IMG/VR virus record: IMGVR_UViG_3300000277_000007
Location: 1-38,284 of that record
Length of the DNA stretch: 38,284 nt
Strand: one strand, 5' to 3'
From: a virus
This document shows, one piece after another, positions 25,837 to 34,697 of the stretch (the stretch's first letter is position 1; each line of letters begins with the position of its first letter). The position numbers and the translations under genes are program-made. The notes beneath the pieces are model-generated. The model made no database searches and was not told the DNA's origin. It worked only from the letters and a program-made list of their open reading frames with translations.

Positions 25837-26655
25837 ATGAAGGTCAGCTATTCACTCAACGGCCAGCCGCTCGACTCCGAGCGGATGCGCGTCATCGTCG
25901 GCACTACGCATTACACGTCGCTGTCGCCGATCGTTGACATGGTGCAGGTGAGCGGACGCAGCGGCGTCATCGTAGGCTCCTCGATTCCGGTGCTGGACGC
26001 GCCGGAGCTGACAATCAAGGTCGCGGCGTGGGGCGCTGATTCCGATGCGCTGATCTCGCGTTTCCGTGCCCTTTGCCTGCATACGGCGAAGCTCACGATA
26101 GGGAAGACGGAAACCTTGGATGACGGCAGTTCGCGCAGCATGGTCACGAGAACGGTGTGCACGAGCTGCGAGCCGGACGATGATGAGAGGCCGTTCCAAG
26201 ACCTGCGCGTCATGACCGCCGTGTTCCAATTGCCGGACGTGTATTGGCAGGGTGAGCAGTGGATTGAGAAGACGTTGCCGGCGGCTGGCGGAACGTTGGT
26301 TCCCGGTGGGAGCGGCGGACTGGCATGGGGGTCGAACGCGCCACTGCTGAGTCTGGTCATGAGGTTTTCGGGCGTATCGTCGGTACGGGTGTCGTGCGTG
26401 GCGTCCGGCACCGACCTGGAATGGTCCGCCACGGCGTCAGCGAAGAACCTGTATCTCGACGTGCCGAACCGGCGTGCATGGACTTCCAACAAGGCGGACG
26501 CTTGGAATGGTGGCACTGATGTGACGTCCGGCGTCGACTGGACGAGCGAACCATTGCAGGTGTGGCCTGCCGCCGATTCCGGCAGCTACACGCTGCAGGT
26601 CAAACAGTCCAGTACGTCTGCGGTGACGTGCCGTTACAAACCTTCCTGGGAGTGA
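25837..26655 (+). CDS. Distal tail protein (Dit), positional
   Basis: 272 aa, after the tape measure. Confidence 0.5.
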   Translation: MKVSYSLNGQPLDSERMRVIVGTTHYTSLSPIVDMVQVSGRSGVIVGSSIPVLDAPELTIKVAAWGADSDALISRFRALCLHTAKLTIGKTETLDDGSSRSMVTRTVCTSCEPDDDERPFQDLRVMTAVFQLPDVYWQGEQWIEKTLPAAGGTLVPGGSGGLAWGSNAPLLSLVMRFSGVSSVRVSCVASGTDLEWSATASAKNLYLDVPNRRAWTSNKADAWNGGTDVTSGVDWTSEPLQVWPAADSGSYTLQVKQSSTSAVTCRYKPSWE

Positions 26656-26657
26656 TT

Positions 26658-29600
26658 ATGGCTAAATCTTTGCATGCTCGTCTCGTGGCCTACCGGCCTT
26701 TCGGCGCGCGTATCGGCGTATTGGCTGAGCCGGTGAGCTTCAGCGCTTCGATGCTGCACGATGACGATGGCGCGATCAGCATCGAATACTCCATGCTGTC
26801 CGGTGACGCGCAGGCATTCGACCGAGAGCTGACGGACGGCCTAGAAGTGGCCGTGGAAGTGTCGGACGGCATCGGCTATCAGGAGCCTGATAATGCGCGT
26901 TTCGTGATCACCGGCCGTTCCGGCAAGACCGACGACCGGACTCGCACCGTTACCTACAGTGGCCAGTCGATCAGCTGGCTGCTGTCAAAGGCGGAAAACA
27001 ACGATTCTTCGCATCTGCTCACGGATGGCGACAATAAAGGAAAAAGGCCCTTCTACTCGTCGAATCCGGGTGTGATTCTCAAAACGCTGCTTGACGAGAA
27101 CAAGTCGCGTGGCGGCGTGGCCACCGGCCTGACTTTGGGCTTCGACACGGCCAAGGACGCGGCTGGCAGTAATTGGGCAAAAAAGTACACTCTGTACTAT
27201 TCGCTCGGCACTGATTTGCAGACCATCCTGGACGCCCTGGTCAATGGTGGCGGCTGCGACTGGCGCACGTCCGGCAGGACGCTCAAGCTGTGGAATGCGG
27301 ACAGTGCCGCCTTGAGCCGTGATTTGAGCAAAAGTGTCGTGCTGCAATTGGCGCGTGACATCAGCGAGGCGCCATTTGAGGAGTCCATCGCGGATCTGGC
27401 CAGCACCATCCTTGTCGAGGGTGACAATAATCTGCTTTTCCGCATGGATAATCCGGCTGCTCCGACGCCGTGGGGCAAGTGGGAGTCCTACAGCTCGCAG
27501 GGTGGCGTGTCTGATAAGGACACTGCCCAGGCCTTTATGCAGTCCACGCTTGATGATGCGGCTCGTGTGCGTGGTCAGTACACGCGCGACTTGGTGACCG
27601 CGAATGTGGATAATCTGCCGCTCATCGACTATCGCGTCGGTGACTGGATCACCGCGCCCACCGTTTCGCACGGGGAGAAGGTGCGCGTGCAGGAAATCGA
27701 CCTGAGCATGCGCCAGGGCGAGGGACTATCCGTCAGCATCGCACTGAACGACATCAAGTATGATGCCTCGGTCAAGCAGGCAAAGAAGATAAAGGGCATC
27801 ACGGGTGGCGCCGCGTTGGCCGGCAGCGAGGGTGGCACGACCGCCTCTTCGGACCGTGACCATCGCGTGCCGAAGGCTCCGCTTGGGCTTGTGGTGCAGA
27901 CGGACGCTTATATCGGGTCGGACGGGTACGCGCACGGCTTGGCCACGGCCATGTGGTCCGCCGTGACCGAGGCGACCGACAATACGGCAATCGATATCTC
28001 CAATTATTCCGTCGAGTGGAAGTTGCATAAGGATGGCGCGCCCTGGCATTCCGCTGGCACGACGGATAAGACGCAGCTTGGCTTCGGCGGTCTGGACTGT
28101 GGCACACAAATCGAAGTCAGGGTCAGGGCTGTGCCGACGTATTCGGACAAGCTTGGCGAATGGTCAAGCATCGTCGTGGCCACCGTCGAATCGGACACGA
28201 CTCCATGCTCCGTGCCATCCAAGCCCGTCCTCGCGTCCGAGCTTGGCGTGGTGACCGTCCACTGGGATGGGAAGACAGCTTCCGGCACGTCGATGGAATC
28301 GGATTTCGACCATATCGAGGTCGGTGAGGGTGCGACGGCATCCAGCATGAAGGTCGTGTCCGCGACGCAAGCCGGCCAGGGAGACTACATCGTCACCGGC
28401 CTGAGCATAGGCAGCCAACACAGTTACGCGCTACGCTCAGTGGACCATGCCGGCAACAAGTCCGGCTGGTCGTCCATCGCCTCGGTGACCGTGGCCAGTG
28501 CCATCCCGCAGGAGACCTTGGATTCCATAAATCAGGACATCGCCAAGGCCGAGGCCGAGGCGAAAGCCGCGAAGACCACCGCAGACGGAAAAAACAAGGT
28601 GTTCACCCAAACCGCGGAACCCGCGCATACCGGACTGACAAAAGGCGACCTGTGGCAGAAGCTCGACTCCAGCGGACACATCTCGTCCGTCAACGTGTGG
28701 AACGGCACGAAATTCACGGCCTACAGCCTCGTGGCCGACAGTCTGCTCGTCCCAGGAAGCGTCAACGGATCCGTGCTCATCAAGGATGGTACGGTCGAAG
28801 CGAAGAACATCAAAATCGGCAACGGCGAGATTCTGACCGAACTATTGAAAGCTCGGAAGATCGTGACCGACGACGTGGAGGCCGGACAGTTCAAAGGCTA
28901 CGTCTTCACCGGCGCGATATTCCAAAGCTCCGAGGCGGCGAATACCGGCATGAAGCTCAACAGCAACTCGTTGCGGATGTGGGATTCGGCCCATAACCAG
29001 ACCGTCTATCTGGACGGCGAAGGCAAGTCGAATGTGCTGACTGGAACGTTCCAGACCCGCGTGAGCGGGCATAGGCTCCGCATCAGCCCGGATTTTAAGG
29101 CCAGCATCGTCGGCGGCACAGAAACGTTCACCGGCGACGGCTTGGAATTCCTGGCGTACAAGGGGGCGACCGAATATTACAGTCATCCGACGATTTCGTC
29201 GCTTATCCAGTCCAATCAGGTCGGTGAGATGGGCGAATTGGACTTGTGGAGCGGACGCGTCGCCAAGCACGATCCGGCTGCTTTCATGCAGCTCCAGTCC
29301 AAGCCGATCAAGAAGGGCGGTACCGGTAGTGACGGCGTCACATCCGAAGTGTTTGCCACGGCCAACACGGATTACGACGAGCCTGACGCGAGCAAAAAAA
29401 GCAGCGCATCCCTCACCCTGTCCGGTGACAGTCAGAAAGGCTCGAATGTCTGGCTCGAAGCCGCAGACGGGGGCGGTTCGGTCGGAATCGGCGCGAACAT
29501 CCACACTGGATACTTGTATCTCGGCGGCTATCTCGGCGGCATCACAAGCCGTTTCACGTTTCAAAGCACCAATTGGCGCATCTACCAGAACGCGACGCTA

Positions 29601-29822
29601 ACCGCGGACTTCACCGTGCCACAGACCACGTGGTCATGGACGCCGGCGAAATACGGACGCTACTACGGCGTCTGCAATTCCGACCTCAGCTGGGGGTCGA
29701 TCTTCATGCACGTGTGCAACACCGGCGGCGCTGGTTCGATGTGGGTCATGGGATACAACGCCGGAACCGCGACCTTCAAGGGCGACATGTACGTCAACGC
29801 TTTCGCATGGCTCGTCAAATAA
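26658..29822 (+). CDS. Tail-associated lysin / tail fibre-like protein (Tal) with FN3-like domains
   Basis: 1054 aa. ATG 26658 lies just after the Dit stop. Repeated beta-rich modules (e.g. TQIEVRVRAVPTYSDKLGEWSSIVVATV). Confidence 0.65.
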   Translation: MAKSLHARLVAYRPFGARIGVLAEPVSFSASMLHDDDGAISIEYSMLSGDAQAFDRELTDGLEVAVEVSDGIGYQEPDNARFVITGRSGKTDDRTRTVTYSGQSISWLLSKAENNDSSHLLTDGDNKGKRPFYSSNPGVILKTLLDENKSRGGVATGLTLGFDTAKDAAGSNWAKKYTLYYSLGTDLQTILDALVNGGGCDWRTSGRTLKLWNADSAALSRDLSKSVVLQLARDISEAPFEESIADLASTILVEGDNNLLFRMDNPAAPTPWGKWESYSSQGGVSDKDTAQAFMQSTLDDAARVRGQYTRDLVTANVDNLPLIDYRVGDWITAPTVSHGEKVRVQEIDLSMRQGEGLSVSIALNDIKYDASVKQAKKIKGITGGAALAGSEGGTTASSDRDHRVPKAPLGLVVQTDAYIGSDGYAHGLATAMWSAVTEATDNTAIDISNYSVEWKLHKDGAPWHSAGTTDKTQLGFGGLDCGTQIEVRVRAVPTYSDKLGEWSSIVVATVESDTTPCSVPSKPVLASELGVVTVHWDGKTASGTSMESDFDHIEVGEGATASSMKVVSATQAGQGDYIVTGLSIGSQHSYALRSVDHAGNKSGWSSIASVTVASAIPQETLDSINQDIAKAEAEAKAAKTTADGKNKVFTQTAEPAHTGLTKGDLWQKLDSSGHISSVNVWNGTKFTAYSLVADSLLVPGSVNGSVLIKDGTVEAKNIKIGNGEILTELLKARKIVTDDVEAGQFKGYVFTGAIFQSSEAANTGMKLNSNSLRMWDSAHNQTVYLDGEGKSNVLTGTFQTRVSGHRLRISPDFKASIVGGTETFTGDGLEFLAYKGATEYYSHPTISSLIQSNQVGEMGELDLWSGRVAKHDPAAFMQLQSKPIKKGGTGSDGVTSEVFATANTDYDEPDASKKSSASLTLSGDSQKGSNVWLEAADGGGSVGIGANIHTGYLYLGGYLGGITSRFTFQSTNWRIYQNATLTADFTVPQTTWSWTPAKYGRYYGVCNSDLSWGSIFMHVCNTGGAGSMWVMGYNAGTATFKGDMYVNAFAWLVK

Positions 29823-29833
29823 GGAGGCATATT

Positions 29834-30385
29834 TTGCAAACTGTTTTCGAGGACAGGAACCTCATCATCAGAGCGGAAAAGGAAGGCGAGCGGGGGCTTG
29901 TGTGCGGCATGGACGCTATCGCCGCATGGCGGGCGCTGCTCGGCACGACGAGCGTCGCCGAAACGTGCGCGGCCATGATGCAGGCAAGGGAATCGGACGA
30001 CTCGTACGATCCGCAGACAGGACGTAACGCGTACACGACCGCCTATGAGGGCTTGGAGGCGGCCTTGTCGGATACCGCGGCGGAATCCGTGTCCATGATG
30101 TCCGACAGTGGCGAGGTGCAGGACGATCCGATGACGGCCGCCCGCAACCGGACTCGGACGGCTTTGGGACTGCCACCGATCACCAACGATGCGGACGCGG
30201 CCGTCCAGACGGCCATGCTGTCTGGTGAAGCGGCCAATGCGACGCCGACCACCGGCATCGACACGGATTGTGTGGACGCCAAGGCTATCGGAAGGCTTTT
30301 CGACACCGACGAAATGCGTGCCGATTTGGACGAATGCGAGGAGCGATTCTACGAATCGCTCATGCCATCAGCGAAGGAGGAATGA
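29834..30385 (+). CDS. Hypothetical tail-region protein
   Basis: TTG start 5 nt after AGGAGG; an alternative ATG at 29909. Confidence 0.45.
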   Translation: MQTVFEDRNLIIRAEKEGERGLVCGMDAIAAWRALLGTTSVAETCAAMMQARESDDSYDPQTGRNAYTTAYEGLEAALSDTAAESVSMMSDSGEVQDDPMTAARNRTRTALGLPPITNDADAAVQTAMLSGEAANATPTTGIDTDCVDAKAIGRLFDTDEMRADLDECEERFYESLMPSAKEE

Positions 30386-30546
30386 TGCAGCAGATTCCTG
30401 CTGACGCGAACGACGTGATCGACCAGCTTTCCATGCAGGTCGGCCAGTTTTCAAAGGAGATCGCGATTTTGAAAAGTCAATTGTCGGCGGCGATGAAACT
30501 GATTCCAGCCGACGTGCTCGAAGCCATGGGCAAGGAGGAACATTGA
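30382..30546 (+). CDS. Small hypothetical protein (54 aa)
   Basis: AAGGAGGAATGATG; ATGA coupling. Confidence 0.4.
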   Translation: MMQQIPADANDVIDQLSMQVGQFSKEIAILKSQLSAAMKLIPADVLEAMGKEEH

Positions 30547-31196
30547 CGAGGATACGATTCCGTTTCCGCGAACCGGATGGTCTGACTGACGGCGGCTCAT
30601 CTCCACGTGGACTGGTGGTCTGCTCGCCTACGAGCCGCGTCGTCCAAAAGGATGAGAGCATCATGCTGCCGTTGCCGTTCGTGGCGCGTCTGCCGGACGA
30701 CGGGAGCGATCTGGTCGTTGCGTTGCAGCCGACCGGAAGGGACTGGTGTTGGACCATCCGCGAGCAGGTCAGCGGTTACACGCACGTGCGGCGCGTGATC
30801 GTGCCGGACAGCGTGCAGACGTTGGATTACGCGACGCTTGGCGAGGCGTCGTGGGCTTCGTCCGCCACGTCGGGCGGTCTCGTGCACAGCATGCGAGTGT
30901 ATTCCGGCGTCATCACGTCGGGGGCGCACGTGCCCGCCGCCGAATTGAAACCGTCCGACAATGTGACGGTCGGCGACACGTGCGTGGATTCGACCGGCAG
31001 GGTGTGGATGATCACCGGCCTTGTCGATTCGGACGTGGTGTTCGGCGTGGACACCGGGGTTACGCTCGGCGGCAAGGGCGAGCGTGGCGCGAGTTTCCTC
31101 AGCGGCATGGGCAGGCCGTCCGACCTGACGCAAGGCATCGTCGGCGACACTTACATCGACCTTGAGACGGGCGACGTGTATCAGCTCCGGCTCTGA
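30543..31196 (+). CDS. Tail fibre / hypothetical tail protein
   Basis: TTGA coupling after AAGGAGGAACA. Confidence 0.5.
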   Translation: MTRIRFRFREPDGLTDGGSSPRGLVVCSPTSRVVQKDESIMLPLPFVARLPDDGSDLVVALQPTGRDWCWTIREQVSGYTHVRRVIVPDSVQTLDYATLGEASWASSATSGGLVHSMRVYSGVITSGAHVPAAELKPSDNVTVGDTCVDSTGRVWMITGLVDSDVVFGVDTGVTLGGKGERGASFLSGMGRPSDLTQGIVGDTYIDLETGDVYQLRL

Positions 31197-31251
31197 ATTT
31201 TCCCACATCTCACAAAATAAATAATTTGATTTCCAAGGAGGAATTGCGAAA

Positions 31252-31896
31252 ATGGCATGGCAAGCGACAGGCGGCAACCTTAAAGGACCGAAGGGCGATC
31301 CGGGTACGAATGGCGCGAAGGGGGATGCGGGCACGAGCCTGCACGTCGCCAATATTAATATCTCAAGCAACAGCGACGTGGCGACGAGCGTGCTCTCGCC
31401 ATCCGCGCCGATGACGGTCGGAGATCTGATCTCCGACAACAATGGGGACCTGTTCACAATCACTTCCATCGTCAACGAGACGACCGTCCACGTCTCCAAC
31501 ATCATCGACGGCGTGAGCTTCAAGGGGCCGCAGGGCGAGAAGGGCACGGACGGAACGCCCGGCAAGGACGGTACCGGAGTCACCATTCTTGGCTCGTACG
31601 ATTCCATCGAAGCGTTGAAGGCCGAACACGCGACCGGCAATGCGGGCGACGCCTATCTTATCGGAGGCCACCTGTACGTGTGGGATACGGTCGGCGCGGG
31701 CTGGAAGGATGTCGGCGTCATCCAGGGACCGAAAGGCGACAAGGGCGAACCCGGTATCAACGGCAAGGACGGTACGAACGGCGTGAACGGTCTCGGCTGG
31801 ACTTATGGCCACGGCGTTCCGACATCGACCGGCCAGCCGGTCGGCTCACTCTATCTTGACCTCGATACCGGCAACGTGTACGCCTTCAACGCCTAG
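31252..31896 (+). CDS. Collagen-like (G-X-Y repeat) tail fibre protein
   Basis: GPKGDPGTNGAKGDAGT, GPQGEKGTDGTPGKDGTG, GPKGDKGEPGINGKDGTNGVNG. Confidence 0.75.
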   Translation: MAWQATGGNLKGPKGDPGTNGAKGDAGTSLHVANINISSNSDVATSVLSPSAPMTVGDLISDNNGDLFTITSIVNETTVHVSNIIDGVSFKGPQGEKGTDGTPGKDGTGVTILGSYDSIEALKAEHATGNAGDAYLIGGHLYVWDTVGAGWKDVGVIQGPKGDKGEPGINGKDGTNGVNGLGWTYGHGVPTSTGQPVGSLYLDLDTGNVYAFNA

Positions 31897-31908
31897 GAGG
31901 GGTGGAAT

Positions 31909-32058
31909 ATGGCATGGTCCAATGTCGGAAGCTTGAAAGGCCCCAAGGGCGACGACGGTGAGAAAGGCGTCCTCTTGGTCAAGGCGGCGGACGAGGCCGA
32001 AGCGATAACTGCAAGCGCCGCCAATCCAGGCGCATTGTACTATTGGGAGGAATCGTAA
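31909..32058 (+). CDS. Short collagen-like paralogue (49 aa)
   Basis: MAWSNVGSLKGPKGDDGEKG mirrors the N-terminus of the previous gene. AGGAGGGGTGGAAT RBS. Confidence 0.45.
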   Translation: MAWSNVGSLKGPKGDDGEKGVLLVKAADEAEAITASAANPGALYYWEES

Positions 32059-32639
32059 TGGGCGTATGCGTCTCTGGCGTCAAAGTGGCTGGATTCTCGG
32101 TCGGCGGCAAGCCGGTGGCTGGACTCGCCGCGAATGGGATCGTCATCTGGCGCAGACCATCCGCGGAGGATACAGAACTGATCGTCAATGGCGGTTTCGA
32201 GGACGGGACCAATGGCTGGAAGATCGCTGGCGATGGTCAAGTCATCACATCAGACATTACCCCACCACGCGCACCATACGAAGGTTCCTCGTATTTCAAG
32301 TCCACCCGCGATCAAGGTGGTATCCAGCAAAGGGTGGTGGTCGATCCGGGAACAACCTACTATATCAGCTTCGCGTATGGGTGCGCCGCCTCCGGGCGCG
32401 TATGCGAATGTTTGCTCACGAATGGTGACACCGGGGATGTGCTACTATCCAAGAAAACTGGATCCACTAAGGTAGGGTGGAATCTGGTTGAGTTTGATTA
32501 CACAATCCCTAATAAAGTGACGACTCTGGTTTTCAGGCTCTCCGAAAATGCATGGGGACGTTTTGACGCTGTCAGCATGAAGAAGCGAGGAAGAATTGCG
32601 GTTCCAGCATCCCTGAATGTTTTGGAGGACAGTCAGTGA
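32058..32639 (+). CDS. Putative receptor-binding tip with a jelly-roll/carbohydrate-binding-like domain
   Basis: ATG 32058 overlaps the TAA of the previous ORF. LIVNGGFEDGTNGWKIAGDG ... GTTYYISFAYG. The 3' third is AT-richer than the genome. Confidence 0.55.
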   Translation: MGVCVSGVKVAGFSVGGKPVAGLAANGIVIWRRPSAEDTELIVNGGFEDGTNGWKIAGDGQVITSDITPPRAPYEGSSYFKSTRDQGGIQQRVVVDPGTTYYISFAYGCAASGRVCECLLTNGDTGDVLLSKKTGSTKVGWNLVEFDYTIPNKVTTLVFRLSENAWGRFDAVSMKKRGRIAVPASLNVLEDSQ

Positions 32640-32719
32640 CGCATCTCATGATCGCAATCGTAGCGTACCTGCTATTGCTCGCGTTCGTCATCGTGTTCAA
32701 TCATGGCGCGCACAGTTGA
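32636..32719 (+). CDS. Tiny hydrophobic TM peptide (27 aa) ending FNHGAHS
   Basis: GTG 6 nt after GGAGG, overlapping the upstream stop. MTHLMIAIVAYLLLLAFVIVFNHGAHS. Paralogue at 33170. Confidence 0.45.
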   Translation: MTHLMIAIVAYLLLLAFVIVFNHGAHS

Positions 32720-32731
32720 TTTTCACACTTC

Positions 32732-32762
32732 AAGGCCATCCCATTCCGGGATGGCCTTTTCT
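32732..32762 (+). terminator. Rho-independent terminator AAGGCCATCCC-loop-GGGATGGCCTT TTT
   Basis: Read directly; near-identical to 33261-33290. Confidence 0.7.
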
Positions 32763-32783
32763 ATTGCCCTAAGGAGAGGTAAT

Positions 32784-33173
32784 GTGCTGCAGAATTTTCT
32801 AGCCGGTTTCGGGGGTGTGGGCGGCGCGTGCGCGGTAATCACACTATGTCTCAAAATCTGGCCGGGGGCGCTCGAATCGCTCGCGACCGGGCTGTATGCC
32901 CACGTCAATCCCGAGCGCTTGCCCTACGACAGTCCACTTTCCCAGCATTTCGCAAAAACACGACAGCTCGGCGAACGCACCGAGAAATTCGACGATCGTA
33001 TGGACGAGTTGTGTCGTGACACGATAAAAAATACGATCATCAGCCTGATCTACGGCGACAAGGACACCGACCACAGCGAGGCCGTCAGCTACGAGTTGTC
33101 GAAGCTTGAAAAATTGGACGCGCAATGCTGGATAGTTGCTGCTGCCGAAAAATACCTGGAGGACCGGCAATGA
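32784..33173 (+). CDS. Membrane protein (N-terminal TM, 129 aa) between the fibre and lysis genes
   Basis: GTG after AAGGAGAGG. NFLAGFGGVGGACAVITLCLKIW. The 32703 ORF start would overlap the upstream terminator. Confidence 0.5.
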   Translation: MLQNFLAGFGGVGGACAVITLCLKIWPGALESLATGLYAHVNPERLPYDSPLSQHFAKTRQLGERTEKFDDRMDELCRDTIKNTIISLIYGDKDTDHSEAVSYELSKLEKLDAQCWIVAAAEKYLEDRQ

Positions 33174-33253
33174 GCGGGCCAGTCGCGTTGGGCGCGTATC
33201 TCATCCTGCTTGCGCTCATTCTTATCTTCAATCATTCGGCGCACAAGCGCTGA
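33170..33253 (+). CDS. Tiny hydrophobic TM peptide (27 aa) ending FNHSAHKR (paralogue of 32636)
   Basis: ATGA coupling after GGAGG. MSGPVALGAYLILLALILIFNHSAHKR. Confidence 0.45.
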   Translation: MSGPVALGAYLILLALILIFNHSAHKR

Positions 33254-33260
33254 GCATTTT

Positions 33261-33290
33261 TCAACCATAAGGCCATTCGTGATCGGATGG
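33261..33290 (+). terminator. Rho-independent terminator AAGGCCAT ... ATGGCCTTTTT
   Basis: Read directly. Confidence 0.65.
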
Positions 33291-33331
33291 CCTTTTTCAT
33301 GCCCCAAAACGGGGCGGAAGGAGGAAACACC

Positions 33332-33454
33332 ATGGACGAGAACACCGTCATGACACCTGAAATGACACCGCAGGGCGACAGTCTGCCGCCCGAGAGCATT
33401 CAGGTCGTGTCCGAGGAGGATGCGGCCAAGGCCGTGGAAGGATTGGAGGACTAG
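33332..33454 (+). CDS. Small acidic protein (40 aa)
   Basis: GGAAGGAGGAAACACC RBS. Confidence 0.45.
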   Translation: MDENTVMTPEMTPQGDSLPPESIQVVSEEDAAKAVEGLED

Positions 33455-33458
33455 CAGC

Positions 33459-34253
33459 ATGGCAAGCGTCAGCGTTTTGATTAATCGCATGCGCTACTGG
33501 TGCGCGTCTGCGAATATGGGCTATTCGCAGACGGACCGCTGGAACTTCAACCCCTCGGGGGGTAATTGCGATTGTTCCAGTCTGGTGATCCACTGTCTCA
33601 AGGAGGCTGGATTCGATACCGGTTCGGCCACCTACACCGGCAATCTGAGCGGCAATCTGACTCGTCGCGGTTGGACTCGTCTGCCCGCGAACGGCAATCC
33701 GCAGGCTGGTGACATCCTGCTTAACGACGTGCACCACGTGGCCGTGTATCTGGGTGGCGGCAAGCTCGCGCAGGCAAGCATCTCGGAGCGTGGCACCGCA
33801 TACGGCAGGGCGGGCGACCAGACGGGCCGCGAAACCAATATCAGGGGCTACTACAGCTACCCATGGAACTGCTATCTGCGATACGGCGGCAACGCGGGTT
33901 CCACCGCATCCACCGGCGCTCTCGCAGTGGATGGCAATGTCGGCCCGGCCACCGTGCGCCGTTGGCAGCAGGTGATGGGCACTACGGTGGATGGCATCAT
34001 CAGCGGTCAGCAGGTGCCTGACGGCAGGACCTACGCGCGTCCCGCAATCGATTCGAGCGTGGTCCGCTATGGCAATGGCGGCAGTGATCTGATCCGCGCC
34101 GTGCAACGTCGCCTGGGCTGTGGCACTGATGGTCTGCTCGGACCGGCCACCATTCGCGCCATCCAAGCGCATTACGGTCTGGCTCAGGACGCGAGCTTCG
34201 GCCCCGCCACCGCACGCGCCCTGCAGTCGGCGCTCAACCAAGGACGATTCTAA
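33459..34253 (+). CDS. Endolysin: CHAP/NlpC-P60-type Cys-His peptidase plus two PG_binding_1 repeats
   Basis: NCDCSSLV ... DILLNDVHHVAVY. VDGNVGPATVRRWQQVMG and TDGLLGPATIRAIQAHYG. Confidence 0.8.
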   Translation: MASVSVLINRMRYWCASANMGYSQTDRWNFNPSGGNCDCSSLVIHCLKEAGFDTGSATYTGNLSGNLTRRGWTRLPANGNPQAGDILLNDVHHVAVYLGGGKLAQASISERGTAYGRAGDQTGRETNIRGYYSYPWNCYLRYGGNAGSTASTGALAVDGNVGPATVRRWQQVMGTTVDGIISGQQVPDGRTYARPAIDSSVVRYGNGGSDLIRAVQRRLGCGTDGLLGPATIRAIQAHYGLAQDASFGPATARALQSALNQGRF

Positions 34254-34265
34254 GGAGGAGGACAG

Positions 34266-34544
34266 ATGGCTCAACATGCAGCTCCGACGACTTTGGAGAC
34301 CACCGTCAATAATCTGACCAACGAGCGTGAGGATGGTCAGGACAACCAGCCGCCGGACGCGTATACGCCGGTTTTCAGCAAGCAGGTGAGGACCGTGGTC
34401 TACGTGCTTGGCTTGGTCGCCTCTTGCGTCGGCCTCGGCTTCATGACCTTCGGTGACGCGGCCATCGGCGGCTACATTTCGACCGTGGCCGGTTTCATCG
34501 CGTCCGGTCTTGGCGTGGCCTACAATCCGCTGCGCCGTGATTGA
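34266..34544 (+). CDS. Holin (2 TM)
   Basis: VVYVLGLVASCVGLGFMTF and ISTVAGFIASGLGVAY; immediately after the endolysin. Confidence 0.7.
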   Translation: MAQHAAPTTLETTVNNLTNEREDGQDNQPPDAYTPVFSKQVRTVVYVLGLVASCVGLGFMTFGDAAIGGYISTVAGFIASGLGVAYNPLRRD

Positions 34545-34650
34545 TTTTCTAGCGTGAGACTCAAACTCGCGCCAGAAACTCGACCTCGCGTGGAAGAAAA
34601 TTCACGCATTCGGGTGCTTGTGGAAATTCTTGCACCCTGTTTTTAAATCT

Positions 34651-34685
34651 GCCCCTTCTCCATTTGGAGGAGGGGCTTTATTTTT
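34651..34685 (+). terminator. Rho-independent terminator GCCCCTTCTCC-loop-GGAGGAGGGGC TTTATTTTT
   Basis: Read directly. Confidence 0.7.
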
Positions 34686-34697
34686 AGGACTTTTCTA

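Noticed and set aside
29573-29833. Upstream extension of ORF 29573..30385 overlapping Tal
   Set aside because: Overlaps the Tal C-terminus; a TTG 5 nt after AGGAGG at 29834 is a much better start
30597-31640. 347-aa minus-strand ORF across the fibre genes
   Set aside because: Antisense artefact
32703-32783. Upstream part of ORF 32703..33173
   Set aside because: Would run through the tiny-peptide gene and a strong terminator; the GTG at 32784 after AAGGAGAGG is the likely start
33348-34277. 309-aa minus-strand ORF antisense to the endolysin
   Set aside because: Antisense artefact; the endolysin on the plus strand has catalytic and PG-binding motifs
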